Origin: Blastocystis sp. Blastoise
Lineage: Eukaryota > Protista > Bigyra: Opalinata
DNA length: 64,000 nucleotides
Assembly: GCA_039096225.1 (NCBI GenBank)
Contig: JBBPEB010000029.1
Span: 558,001 to 622,000 of the forward strand
Reading direction: 5' to 3'
Shown here one piece after another: positions 42,332 through 60,085 of this stretch. The notes under the pieces are model-generated. The model was not told the origin of the DNA and ran no database searches. It saw only the letters and a program-made list of their open reading frames with translations. The first letter of the stretch is position 1; every line of letters begins with the position of its first letter. Both the position numbers and the translations under genes were made by a program.

Positions 42332-42858
42332 TCAAGAATATTCTAGTTGTTTTTTCCAGTAACCCATACTTTTCAGATTATCAAGAGTATCGTTTATATC
42401 GATGCCATTCATTTCTTTACAAATATAAAAAAAAGATTTCAAATAATTATAGATCAATTCATATGTAGTGGAAGTTATATAATAATCATCTTTATATTTT
42501 TGTACTAAATTGAAATGTTTTTTATTGTATTTATCATAATAAAAATGTTGTTTATAATAGTCAATAAAGTTCCAGAATTCTTTTTCATCGTTTATAGATG
42601 TCACATCTATTATATGATCTAGAAGTGTTTTCTTTGTAAATATTTTTTTTATATCCATATTTGGAAGTATTAACAAATTTAAATATTTAGAATTTATAGA
42701 TATAGATATATTATTATGTACATAAAGAAAATATATACTCATCTATGATATTACTTTATAAAAAATGATATATATATATAATAGTATAAGATATGATATT
42801 GAATGATATTTAAATAAATTATTTATTTAGTGTTATATACTATAATATAGTATTATTA

Positions 42859-42890
<32 letters not shown>

Positions 42891-44925
42891 CTTAACAAAT
42901 CACAATCATTAGGTATACAATCATCATTTATTCCAAGAATTGTTTTTATTCTAATTGAATTGCTATGTAAAGAGTATTTGGCTAAACAATAAAAAGATAA
43001 TTCTGGAAAACTTTTTAGAATATCATTTATTTTTTCTAAACACGTAGATTCATATATATATTTGAAAGTACTTTTATCAAAATCTAAAGATAGTTTTTTC
43101 ATATGTAAGAAACATTTATTAATATATATATATATATGTTCTTTTAATATATATATATATATTTTTATAATTTATTATTATTTACTATATATATATACAA
43201 ATAATAACACTTAAAAACATGTTGACATCTGATAATAATAGACTTTTTAATGTTGAATATTTATTTTTATCATTGAAGATTGTAACACTTAAGGATAAAT
43301 CTATATATATAAATATATATATACATTTATAATATATTTGAGTTTCAGAATAATTTCAAATAAAGAAGAAATAATAATAAAAAAAATACCTATTTTTGGT
43401 ATTGTTTTGGAAATAATATTAGAATAAGATATATATAATGAATTTATATTTTTTTCTCTTATTATGGAAGAAGATTCCATCAATGATTCATCAAATATTT
43501 TAATATTTACGTAAATACCAAATAAATTAAATTCCTTGATATATTTCATACAGTCATCATAATTTGTTGACATTATAGTTATTGATTTTAAGTGTTTATA
43601 TTCTTTGTTTTGTAGAAATTTATAGAATCCTTGAATATCATCTCCTTCTATAAAGAGTAATTTAATTAAGATATAAAATATGAGATATAAGATATAAAAA
43701 ATAATTTAATAAAATCTATAAAATAATAAAATAATAATTATTAATAAAATAATATATCTATATAATATAAGAAAATAAATACCAAAGTATATATATTCAA
43801 GTAAATTGTCTTTATTTGTATTTTCTAACATCTGAACAACATCTTTTATTGGCTCATTTTCATGCTGAATTATGTTATATATACATATTTATAAATAAAA
43901 ATTATGTTAAATATTTCTTATATACATGTATAATGATTTGATTAAATTGTTTTGTTGAATCATTTAATAATAATAATAATAATAATGAATTATTATAAAT
44001 AATTAAAAGATATATATATATTATAGTATTCATGAAAATATGTATACTTTCTTCGTTATATATAAAACTGGAATCATAGAAGTTTAATAATAAGTAATTA
44101 TTAGATTCAGTCACTATATAAATAATTGAATAAAAAAGGTATTTAGTTTTATTAATTATTATATATATGTATATTTACCATTAATAATATATTGATTTAT
44201 ATCTGGATATTTTTGCATAAGTTTTTGAGAAAAAATAGAATTCATATTATTTCGAGAGAATTTCGATAAACATAATTGAATAGCTTTAATTTGTTTCTTT
44301 TTAATAATAAAGTTACAATCTTTAAGTCGATCACATAACCATTCATTTATGTTTAAAAAAACTAGACATTTATCTTTAGAATTTTCTTTTCCAAAAGGAA
44401 TTCTATATAATAATAGTTGTTAAATTTTTAAATACTACATTTATCTAATAAACAATATTTATTAAATAAATAAATGATAAAATAAAACAAATCTAATATG
44501 TATAACTATATTAAGATCTATATACATACATTTCAATAAGATAATTTTCACATAGGGTATAGAAATAATTTTGTAGATATAATTCAAAATTTGAATGAAC
44601 TTTTGTAGCTGTAGGAAAATAAGTTTCTAATGTTTCAAGATAATTATATAATACTTCACGAGGAAGAACGTCAAAGGATTTATAATTATATTTACCAGCC
44701 TTAGTAATATACTCAATAGAAAAAGGCATAGCATCAACATAAAAACAGTTGATATCCTCTATCAACGTATATGGGTTTTCAGCGACACAACTTAGTAAAC
44801 ATTTAGGATATACTTTTAAAAATGATTTTTTAACATCAAGTCGAGAATCATCTTGAAAAATGAAAGAAACTATATATCATAATGATTATTCATAATAGTT
44901 ATATACCTATTGAATCACAATCCAT
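42332..44925 (-). CDS. Divergent protein with an N-terminal BTB/POZ-like segment (lineage-specific family)
   Basis: MDCDSIVSFIFQDDSRLDVKKSFLKVYPKCLL..FYVD; GT-AG exon chain; exon boundaries partly uncertain. Confidence 0.5.
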
Positions 44926-45866
44926 ATTAGAATGTTTTTTAAAATATAAGCTATATAAAAAATATAATTTATAATTAATTTTGTATTCTATACCTTTTCT
45001 ATTTAAATTAATAATTTATGTCATGATTCTCTATTTGATTTTTGAAAAAACGGATATATATATAAACTTATCGAAATGACTCGAAACAAATATATATTTG
45101 AATAAAAACTTTAGTTTTTTGAAAGTATTCTCTTCTCAAAAAAACTGTGTGTCATTATGGTATTTCTTTTTTAGAATACATTTTGTTGGGATGTTTAATA
45201 GAATCATGATAATTCGTCAAGAATGACTTAAATTAAGAACAAAAACCTTGAAAAAGAAATTACTACACAATTCTTATTAAAACCATGTTTAAATTGCAGT
45301 TTTTCGTTTAATAGATGTTTTCTAGATTATTATCGGGTTTAGTTATTTATTTCTTTATTTAATGTATTATTTATGATATAATGAAGGTGAAATAAAAGAT
45401 AAAATAATAATATTAAGAAAATAAATTAGTATTAGAAATGATTATTACTAAGATTAACCTGCTATGAAAAATGAGTGTATATATATGTAAATATATTCTT
45501 ATTATGATGTATTAAAGAATTCCAACGTTTATAATACTATTTTTATTCTTAATTTGTCTTTTAGTATTATGATACAATATAAAAAAACATATCAATATCG
45601 ATATTTAAGTTTCTTGAAGAATGAAATAATTTTTATTACTTCGTCTTTGTTGTGAAACTACTTAAATAATGTCATTTTATATTATTAACAACAAAAAATT
45701 CATAGCAAAAACAATGAATAATTATAATGTAAAGCATTATTTTATCAGGAAAAAAAAGTTACATTATCATGGATAAATAAGTGTAATGTATGTATATAAT
45801 AAGTGAATTATATAGGAAATATTATATATAATAATATTAAGTATATAATTATAATATATATATATG

Positions 45867-47018
45867 TTAAGAGACTAATAATGTATATAATAATATATAT
45901 ATAAATTTAGAATCCACTAAAGCTATTTCCATATATTTCCCAATAATGTTTTTGAAAAAAATGAGAATTAAACTGTTGAAAATCAACATTTATAGAATTA
46001 TAAATATTTTTTGAATTATTCTTTATTCTATTAATATAATATAATTGACTCGAATAATGCAATAAATCTATATATTAAATAATTAGTGATAATAAGAATA
46101 ATAATAATATATAAATATTACATTGACAATCATCAAAAAAATGAATTTCTATTAATTGTTTCATATATCCTTTTTCTAATAATTCTATAAAAGTCTCTAA
46201 TTGAGATATATTCTGAAAGGCTATATATATAGAAGAAATTATATATCTATTGAAATATATAGTCTATAGTAATTATTTATAAAATATAACAAAATTTATA
46301 TTATATATATATATTTACGTAGATATATTATCATAATATTATTGAATAAGTTGTTTTTAACTCCATCAATAAATTGAGAGAATAATGAATCACAAGAAAC
46401 ATAATAATAATCACTCTATACAGAATAATAAAAAAATATTATATTTTTATGTATTATAATATATATATTATATATACATTTGATGCATAATAATGAATTC
46501 CTACAGTATATATAGAATCGCAATTGATATATTTCTGTAACAATAAGTAGTACAGAATAGGAATAGAATCCACTATATATATATATTATTAGTATATATT
46601 CTTATTCTACATATATAAATATTATAAATATATTAATTAATAAAATAAATAATATATACACGTGGAATCACAAGATAATGTATGAATAGTTGGAATAGTA
46701 TTCCTTTTATTATCCAATAATAACTTTATTGTCTCCATTTGAAGATCTTCATTGGGTTCGGTGTCTATTATATATATATGTATATATGTATATATATATG
46801 TATATATACATACTAAAAGTAAATGATTTTAAAGAAGGAAAATAAATGTTTGTAAATAGTGGGGAAAATGGTTTATATAAATCAATAGAGTTACCTATAT
46901 ATAATATATATTATTTTTAATATATATATACAGAAAATAGACATGTTTTCTATTCTTTCCATTATATGATTTTGTGTTAATAAACATAAAACTGATATCA
47001 TATTCTCATTTATTGATG

Positions 47019-47056
<38 letters not shown>

Positions 47057-50000
47057 ATTAATTTTTAGACTTATTGCATTTTGAATAAAAGCAGATAAGA
47101 GTGTTGCCATAGAATTAATATAATCACGATTATTTTCAGATTTATTGAATGTACATTCTAGATAATAAGTATTTTAAATAAATAAACATAATAAACATAA
47201 TAATAATTTAAAAAATAGTAAAATCTATATATATACCCTCAATAAAAACAGAATAATTGCAGCTTAATGTATTTGAAGAAAACACATGAATTAATAAGGA
47301 TAATTCTTCATATGTCAGATTATTCACTATATAGAGAGATAAATAATATATATAGTTTATACTATATCTTTTTATAGTGTATTTAAAAAAAATATTTTTT
47401 TATAGAATTAAATTTTTAAATGAAATCAGAAATAGTAATATATTTTAAATAAATATAAATATATACATGTTAAATATATTGCTTTTAAGTTATTCATTTT
47501 ATTATTTTTAAAAAATAATGTTAGCGCGTTTATAATGGCGGGATTTATAGTATTATTTGTAAAAACTATAGAGTATATATATAATAGTATATATATATAT
47601 AATAATATATATATTTACAGAGTTCTAATTGGCTAATATCTGTATTTGAAGTGACTAATGACGCGTCATTAATTGAATTAACAGAAGACGTATCAACTAT
47701 TTTAAAAATAATAATAATATATATATCAAATCATTATCGATATACTATTAATAATAATATATATATTTATCAAATCATTATAGATATACTATTAATAATA
47801 ATATATATATTCAAATTATTATAGATATACTATTAATAATACCACGGGAATGTTGAATAATTCCCAGTTTTTCTAAAGAAGAGAAAAAGTCTTTTGTATC
47901 TTCATTATATACTATATATATTTTTATATTCAAACAATAACATATATATATATATATATATACAAAGACCATTGATAATAAAATCATGGTTTTCAGCTAA
48001 TTCTTTTAGAATTGGGAATAATTGTATATATAATTGATTATTATATATATATTCTTCATAAATAGTAATAGTATCAAATAATGATAAAAAAGTAATATTC
48101 TTAATATAAATAGATTGATAACTCTCTATAAAAAATGTATATAGAATATAAAGAATATATAGAATATATAGAATATATAGAATATATAGAATATAAAGAA
48201 TATAAAGAATATAAAGAATATAAAGAATATAAAGAATATATAGAATATATAGAATATATAGAATATATAGAAAATATAGAAAATATAGAAAATATACGTC
48301 CATTAAGATTTAATGTTTTTAACCGTGGGAAATGTTCTCTTGTGAATAATGGATATATCATATCCTGAAATTTCTTAATTTTTTCTGAATCATAATTAGA
48401 ATCTGAATATTAAATTTGATTTATATATGTATTAATATATATTTATATATACTTTCAAAAGATAAGCATGTGACATTATGAAATGTTTTAGTTATTAATA
48501 TAGATTTTAAAAGGTCAATTTCGTTTGAAATATCTTTTACAAAACCTATATATAAATATATATACATTGTTTGAAGAATATATTAATTATATCAATAATT
48601 ATTATAATATTATAATAGAATAATAAGTTATATATATAATAAATATAATAATAATATAATGTATATATTACTATATCCGAAACATAATATATTAATATCA
48701 TCAAATATTCCTTGAGTATATGCCATTAGTAGAGGATTAAGGAGAGAAATAGCATGTGTATCTATATATAATAATAATAATAATAATATTTATATATATA
48801 TATATAATAATAATAATAATAATAAATAACATAAATATAATAAACATAATAAACATAATAAATATTAACAATATACTTTCAATTGAATAAAGTGGAATAA
48901 CTTCGTTTACTCGTTTGCAAATCGAGAGTGTATATATATATGATTGTGTAATAATATCATTACTCTCTAATACTCTATATAATAAGTATAATAACAAGAA
49001 AAATATCAAAGTATTACATAATAATAATAAAACTATATAAATAAAGCAGTATTCTATGCATTCATATATTATAAATCATATATATATATATATACATTAA
49101 TGTTGGTTTGGTATATTTATCACCTATATATATAATTAATATGAATAATCAAAATAAAATAATCATATATATATACATAAAAAATCATTATGAAATTGAA
49201 ATAAAACAGTTGTATATAAATTATTTCCTGTATTTTCAAAATCAAATATAGATTTATATTCATAGTTTTCATCATACTCACATGAAAATAAATGCATAGT
49301 ATTCGAATAGAACTTCGGAAAATCATCAAGACAATTTTGTCTCTTTAATAACATGTCTTTTTCTAATAATATATAATCATTTTTATCAAAATTTTGTGTT
49401 TTTTGTTGTTTCATCTCTTCAATAATACTATTATTATTATTATAATTTCTTATATATTTAGATAGAGTATAATTAGTTAAATGTAAATTATTAATAGGGC
49501 GATTCAATTTATGTTTTTCTATTGAATTTATATGAAATTTATTTTCAATATATTCAGAAAAATGTTTCAAATAAGAATCATGCTGAAATTGAATTAAGTC
49601 TAATTCAGCCAATGTATAATACTCCTGATGATCTAAAGAATAAGCATCATGTGACATCATTTTCCAGAAATAATATTGTCTCATATATTCTTCACTATAT
49701 ATACCCACTAATTCCCTTTCATTCTTTATATATCGAATAGCTATATATATATATGTAATTGAAGATATAATATAATATTACTTTTAATAATATACATATT
49801 ATTAGTTCAAAATATTAATATAAATAATAATATATATATTATTAATATAAATAATAATAATATACATAATATTAATATACATAATATTAATGAAAAAAAA
49901 AACACACACATAATAGTAATTAAAAATATTAATATCCAAAATACTAATTAAAAAAAATGCATATAACTATAATAAATACGTTTTAATATATATCCGTGTA

Positions 50001-50788
50001 AAAATGGAAATTCCTCTTGAATATTCATGGGAATAATCATTTCTTCTGGAATAGTTTCATTATAACTATCTATATATATATAAAATCTTTATAATACTAC
50101 TATTTACATTCAATAAAGAAATATTCAATATGAATTATGTTCAAAATGTATTTATGTTTAATTAAAATATCTTTTCGTTTTTCTGTTAGTAATCCTAATA
50201 TATATTTATATATAAATGTTGAATAATGATGAAATATATATAAAAATAATTACCATATATATAAATTGCTTTTTTAGAATCATTAAAGAGATATTCTGGA
50301 TATCTTATAAATTTAAGCTTTTTATCTATTAGATTTAAATAAGACTCGTTATCATTTTCAATCACTTTTATCAAAATATTGACGGAATTCAGTAAATCAA
50401 AGAAAAGAATAGCAATACGTTTCTTAATTTCTGTTTTTATATTTTCAAAATAATCATTAAAAAATATATCAAAAGCTAAAGAAAGCTCAGAAAGAGTATT
50501 CAAAGAAAAATCTTCAAGATTAGCTTTTTCTTCTTGTATTAATTGAATTACAATATCAGCACAATAATATGGATAGTCTATAAATATAGTATTTGTACTT
50601 TCATTAATCATTGGAGCATTCAAATAGGAAAGTGAAAAGAGTGATTTGGGATATTGTTCAATGATTTGTTTTGACATCTGCAGCTGTCTCTCATCTTGGA
50701 AAATATAGATTACTATATAATACCAGCAGTGACATCAACACAGAAATGTGATTAAAAAATTACTCTGTTCAGTATGATTGGATTCCAT
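45867..50788 (-). CDS. Divergent BTB/POZ-like + leucine-rich (FPxL-repeat) protein
   Basis: YIFQDERQLQMSKQIIEQYPKSLF..IFIDYP; repeats FPRLKTLNL, FPSLKS, IPTIHTL; 3' end approximate. Confidence 0.55.
48138..48296. repeat. Intronic 9-bp minisatellite (TATAGAATA/TAAAGAATA)n
   Basis: About 17 tandem 9-mers; source of the spurious EYI/LYI/YSI ORFs. Confidence 0.9.
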
Positions 50789-51099
50789 GTCTTCTCTTTA
50801 TACTCTTCGCTAGCTAATAAATAAAATGTTTTTAAATTCTTGAATATAAAAACGGTTTTATTTTTAAAATAAAGAGCAGATACGAAAAGAACGGATTTCT
50901 ATTCAACTGGAAAACGATTTTCATGATTTTATTGAAATATTCACAAAAAAAAGTAATTATAATCATGAACAAAGAAACAGTGGTGTTTTTTGCCTCTAAA
51001 AAAAAAGAATTGTTTTATAATCATTGTAAACAATTATTTTAAAACTAGTTTCTTTTGTCATTGATTTGCTTTACCATAATTGATCAGTACTAAAAGAAA

Positions 51100-53948
<2,849 letters not shown>

Positions 53949-54461
53949 ATATATATGTAAATATATATTATTTTTATATTTAAAATCAGTATAAAAAATA
54001 TATATTATATATATATATTTATATATCATTTCAATTAACATTCATTCTTTTATTCCTTTTTCTTTTCCACTTCTTACTTCTTTATGTTTGTTTATTTGTT
54101 TCTTGTTCTTTTGAAAAGTTGTTTAGTTTTTTTAATTTCAGTCATTTTTTTGTCAATATTATAACTAATATTGATAGGAATTTTATGTTCTTTTAATATT
54201 TAGATTCATAATAATAATATTATATATTTTTTTGTTGAATACACGTATAAAATTTATTTATTTTATAATTATACTAATCTGAAATAGTAGTTTTTATTAA
54301 CCTATGAAAAGCAATTTTATATACATGTTTATACAACAAGAATGATCAATTCTCTAATTATATCTACAAAAACATTAAAAAACATAACGAATGAACTGAT
54401 AAAAGAATTTTAAATACACAAATATATATAAAAAGAAATACAAATAAATACTATATATATC

Positions 54462-57306
54462 TTATTCTTGTTTTATTTTTTCTTCTTTCTTTATAGTATT
54501 ATTATTTCCTTTAAATAATAAATGAATAGAATATAAATAAGCTATGAAGAATTGTATAAATGAAATAAATCCAATAAGAACAGTATGTATATCTGGATAA
54601 CGAGAAGGAGCAGGAATATAATAGTAAAACAAAGAAATAAATGAAACAACTAAATTGATCTATATAGTATGATTATTATATTATTATAATACTATTATAC
54701 TAATATTATTAATGAAAAAAATAAATTAAAAATATAAGTATATATATATAAATAATAATATATCAAATAAAAATAATATTCATTCATTAAATAGATTATT
54801 ATGGCAATAAAAATATATTTTATAAATATTAAAAAAAATAAAAAAATAGGAAATAAAAACATACTACTATATATGTAAATGTTTTATTACTTGTTTGACT
54901 TTCTGTAAAGCATGCCATTGTACTTATTAATAAATACATATATACAAGAGAAATAGTAGGAATAATTAGATTATCTTTTAATAATAGTGGGAATAATGAA
55001 TAAACAGCAATTAAATTAAAATAATTCACGGAAAAAGAATATTGGAGAGAAACAAACAGTAAGGGAAGAAGAGGAAATAATATTGTTTTTTCATGAACTA
55101 TATATAGTTTATTTATTATATATGTATCAATGAAATTATATTTGTTAAATATATATATAATAATAATGTATATATTATATATATATATACCTTGAAATGA
55201 AAATAGGAAGAAAGAAAGTGAACAAGAAAACATAGCAATAGAGAGAGTTTTAATATTCGGTGTACTATAGATATATTCATTATATATATGTAGTTATAAT
55301 AATAAAAAAAAATGAAAATTGTATTTAAAAAATAGGTTTATTGTAATAATAATCAAAAAGATAATAAATAATAAATCTAACAATAAAAAATATAAATAAA
55401 TATAATAATAAATAATAAATATAATATCTATACAATTTCAGAACAGCATAGCAAGCTGGTGAAATACCAATAAGTGTAAAACATAACGCTAATGTTTTTA
55501 ATTGAGATACTGACAAGAAATTTCGAATTTTAATAAATAAATTCAAGGTAATAAATAAAGGATATTAATTATAAATAATAATGTTATATATATAGTATAA
55601 GATAATAATAGAATATAAATAAATAAATAAATAATACTCATTAAAAAGGATATTTACACCAAAAAGAAGCTACTTTATCTTCAAAGATTCCTCTTTCCCA
55701 CGGGAATAATCGATGTATAACTTGAAGTATAGATGCTATAGGTCCACAAGGATGTGTACTATATATATAAAAAGGAGACCACAAGAGGAAGAATGTGAAT
55801 AAAACTGTTAAACCTATTTGAAGTATATAAACCAATGGATACTAAAGAATATATATATATAATATATAAATCTATATATATATATTAATACATATATATA
55901 TAGCAAGTGAATAATGAATAGAGAATAGTTATTAAGAATAAAAATAATAGAAAAATATATATTTAATAAGACTTATAATTCAAAGGAATATACCAAAAAC
56001 TATATATATCTTGATAATATATATATATATATACTTTATGTGAAAAAGATTTACGAATATAATAAAAGAAGATAACAGGTGCAAAATATAGCGCCATTTG
56101 TTTAAAATTAAGCGCCAAACAGAAGCATATAGCTGCAATTATATCCAAATCAAAATATAAACATATAATTGTTAATACACAAAATCCCAAACAAACACAA
56201 TTATACTATATATATAATATTTATATAGTCAATAATGTAAATAGTATCATATATAATATATATATATATACTTGAAAATGACCGTGATCAATAAGTATAA
56301 TAGCAGGCTGTAATACAAGCATAGCGGCTAACTATATATATATATAATATAAATATTATTACTATATAATTCTTTTCTTTAATAGATTCTAATGAAATAT
56401 TTAATATACTCTAATGAAATATAAATATTTAATATATTCGAATAAAATATAAATATTTAATATATTCGAATAAAATATAAGTATTTTATATACTCTAATA
56501 AAATATAAATATTTAATAAAATATAAATATTTATATGAAAACAATGAACAACCAATAATATATATATATATATATATATATACAAAAGAATTATATCTCC
56601 AAGGTCTGGTAGTATATAAAAGGAAAGATACAAGAAACACGGGAATTATATAAAATAAGAAATCAGAAATAATAACTGTCATTCTCATAAAAAGCTATAT
56701 ATAAATAGATGAAAAAAGTTCACAAAAAGAAAATATATATTTTTTGTAGTTTCTGTATACTTTAACATTATCGGTTTCAATACCATGTGATTCACCTAGA
56801 ACAACCATCTCAGGTACAAATAATTTTGCGATTTGCCCACAAATCCAACTATGATAAGCAGTAGCACATTAAACAAACAATTACAATTACTTATTTTCAT
56901 TAATAATAAGAATTTAGATATTTATAAAAATAGAAGGATATGTTAATGGAGGATAATCCAGACCCCAATAGAGAAGATCATTTTGAGTAGTATTTCGATA
57001 CCTAATAAAAATAAATTCTAACAAAATTCATAAATACCAATCACCAATAGGTAGATTCACTGTGATTTCCATCCAATGACGTTGAGCCTCAAAATCTCCA
57101 TACATCGGTGGCTTATGCATTCCTGAATATGGAGAGAGACTCACTAAGTATCTCATCAATATGCAAATCAATAAAATTAGCACAGTTGAATGAACTCGAT
57201 AATGTTTCTAAGTACTATAACTCACCAAATAATAATCATTTCATACACGATCCATTCGGCCAAACACCTTCATAACAAGAGAAGACTCGTCAAACTCTTT
57301 TTCCAT
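54462..57306 (-). CDS. ALG6: Dolichyl-P-Glc:Man9GlcNAc2-PP-Dol alpha-1,3-glucosyltransferase
   Basis: [82 protein letters not shown]; C-terminal KIKQE* (KxKxx ER retrieval). Confidence 0.95.
55548..55653 (-). other. U12-type AT-AC intron in ALG6 (downstream)
   Basis: Minus strand TGTAA|ATATCCTTTT...ATCCCTTTATTTATTAC|CTTGAAT restores FWC-N-LNLFIK. Confidence 0.88.
56861..56941 (-). other. U12-type AT-AC intron in ALG6 (upstream)
   Basis: Minus strand CCATTAAC|ATATCCTTC...GTTTAATGTGCTAC|TGCTTAT restores the conserved DYPPLT-AYHS. Confidence 0.92.
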
Positions 57307-57590
57307 GATATTCACAAAAATTTAAAAAAATATTAAATTTTTCTTTTTATATATAATTTGAATGAATAATTGTAAATTAATTATAAAATTGTCGTTAAAT
57401 CTTTTTACTTGACTTGTTCTATTTAGGTAATGTAAATGATCATATCAAAAAGTTTTGAATTCATTATCAATATAAGTCACTCTAACCATATTTTTTAAAT
57501 ATTCCATATGATAATAACATATTAAACAACACATACGTTTCATTTTTATTGTTCTTTAAAACTTAATTTTCTCTTTAATAAATGAAAAAC

Positions 57591-58729
57591 TTAAAAACGA
57601 CAAGCTTGTCGTTCTCTCTTTTGTGTTTTCTGTTTTGCTTTTTCTTTTTTAGCTTTTTCAGCTTCTTTCTGTGCAACGATTCTTGCTTGTTCTTCATCAT
57701 ATTTAGCTTTAGCTTCTAATTTCTATATTTAATAAATTTAATATAAGAAATAGTATAAATAATAGATGAACAAAGAAAAGAATAAATAAATGACAAAAAT
57801 ATATATACTTTTTGTCGTTCAGCTTCTTTGGCACGTGCTACATTGTCATTAACTCCTTCAATAGAAGGCTGCTCATCCTATAAAATCGAATAGAATAAAT
57901 ATTATATATATATAATAATAAAAAATAATTATCATAAAAAATGATATCATAGAATATATATTATATTATTATTATTATATATACAGCACTTTCTCTATAA
58001 ACAACTGTATCTCCATCTGTATCCATAAGTGATTCAAATCCATATTGTTTTACTAAACGAGCACGAACTTTTGCATCTACTTCATTTCTATATAAGTAAA
58101 TATTAAAAAAAGATAAAAAATCAAAAAAAAAAAAAAAAAAAAATTAAAATAAAAAAATTTTACAATAAAATATCATTTATAAATACACTTTAACATGCTT
58201 AGCTTCTTCTTGAGCTTTACGTCTTTCTTCAGCTATTCTTCTTCTTTTTTCACTAATATGTTCATGATGAGGAGCTTCTTCAGTTTGTTTATCACCTTCT
58301 ACAATTTGTTTAACTTCAGACTGATTCGGATGATCGTATTCTTTCATTTTCTGTGCTAATTCCTCCATAAAAGAAGAAATATTCTATAATTATAAAGGAA
58401 TGAAAAAAAAAAGACACAAAATAATAGTAAGATCTTTTATATATATATATACAACTGTCGTAGCAGATTGTAAAAGATTTGAAATAACGTCTATCCTTGT
58501 TTCGAAAGGAGATGACTTCTCAGTTACAACAGAAACGATATAGTCGCAAAATGCCTGATATTTATGAATAAATTATAATACCCCAAACAATAAAAAATGC
58601 TTCAAGATCTGGAGAAAGTGCCAAAACCGACTCTTTAATCCAATTCTATAGATATATCAATTAATTCACTGTGATTTTGTGATCATTGGGTATTTTAATT
58701 AAATATACAGTAAACTCGTCGTTACTCAT
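57591..58729 (-). CDS. CCDC43-like small coiled-coil protein
   Basis: MSNDEFTNWIKESVLALSPDLEAFCDYIVSVV..; C-terminal NDNVARAKEAERQKK..KQKTQKRERQ resembles the CCDC43 ends. Confidence 0.65.
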
Positions 58730-60085
58730 GATGAACTCTAATGGAATAATACTACATAAAATAAAAAAAATATTTGCTTAAAAAAATCTTATTTTTCTCT
58801 AGACATTCCAGAAAAATTCATGATAATATATTTGATTTCTTTATATATATATATATGTGTCTAGAAATATGTTATAAATTCTATCATAAAGTGTTTCGTA
58901 ACATAAACGTATTGGGCAATGGTTTGATACAAAGAATGAATCAGAACCCAGATGTTTAGTCTTGAATCTCCTGTTTTGTCTGTTAAAAAATGGCTTATTC
59001 TGTAAAATTATACGTCATATTTCTTATGTAAATATATCTAAATTGTCTACCAGGCTATAAAGTTATTTAATTGAAAACAAAATGGATTATTGTATCATAA
59101 ATCAAGTATTATTCAATAATTTTTTGTATTTGAATTATTTCATGTAATATATTATATTTTATGATATATACAAATAATAAAGAGTCTTCAAAAATGCCTT
59201 GTTATGATTCTTCAACTAGAAAATGAAATATTATGTTTTAAGAACATAAAATATTCAACGTTTTTAATTTTGATGCTATTTACATAATATATAAATTATT
59301 TATAAGTTACAAAATCATGTACATTATTATACATAGATGGAGAAGTATATTTCTCTTCATAGTATATTATATTATGCATAAAATTTTATTAAAACATTTT
59401 TTTAAATATAATTAGGCTTACAATTCATTATATATATATATGTAATCACTATATTATTTCAAATTATTCTATATATACAATGTTGCTATTGGTAGAGAAA
59501 TAAAAGAAAAAAAAATTATAACATAATATAATTAATATATTCTAGAGTTCTATTAATTAATTGAAAGAATTTTTTATATGAAAGTTATTTAAAAATGAAT
59601 TGAAAAAATATAATAAATATATAAATTTTTAAAATATTTATTCTTTCTTATTTTTATGTGTATAGATATATTGTAGAATTCTTAATGATAATTATGATAA
59701 AAGTTTTCTACTTGATGTATTATATATTACTCTTTTAAATATACATTTACATTTTAATTGATTGCTAAAATATCATTCTGTACTTATTTCATAAATATTT
59801 TAAAAATGACTAATAATATTTATTTATTTATTTTCAGAATTTAATAATTAATTATAGTTTAGAATAAGATAAACTAATTATATCTGCTAATAACATATAT
59901 AGTTATGTATAAAATGGATAATTTTGTTTTCTTTGTATAAGAATAAATGACTTTCATGAAAGAATATATAACGAATATATATATATGAATAAATCAAAAA
60001 ATATCAAAAAATATAAAAACTCATGATTCTTTAGAAAAGAGAAATGAAAACGATATATACATGTGGAGATATATATATAGAAGAA

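Noticed and set aside
48101-48368. EYI/YSI repeat ORFs; superficially array-like repeat
   Set aside because: Intronic 9-bp minisatellite with no spacers or cas genes; not a CRISPR array
58774-60085. ORF 58774-58959 and the following intergenic DNA
   Set aside because: Starts at TTG, has no motif and no supporting exons
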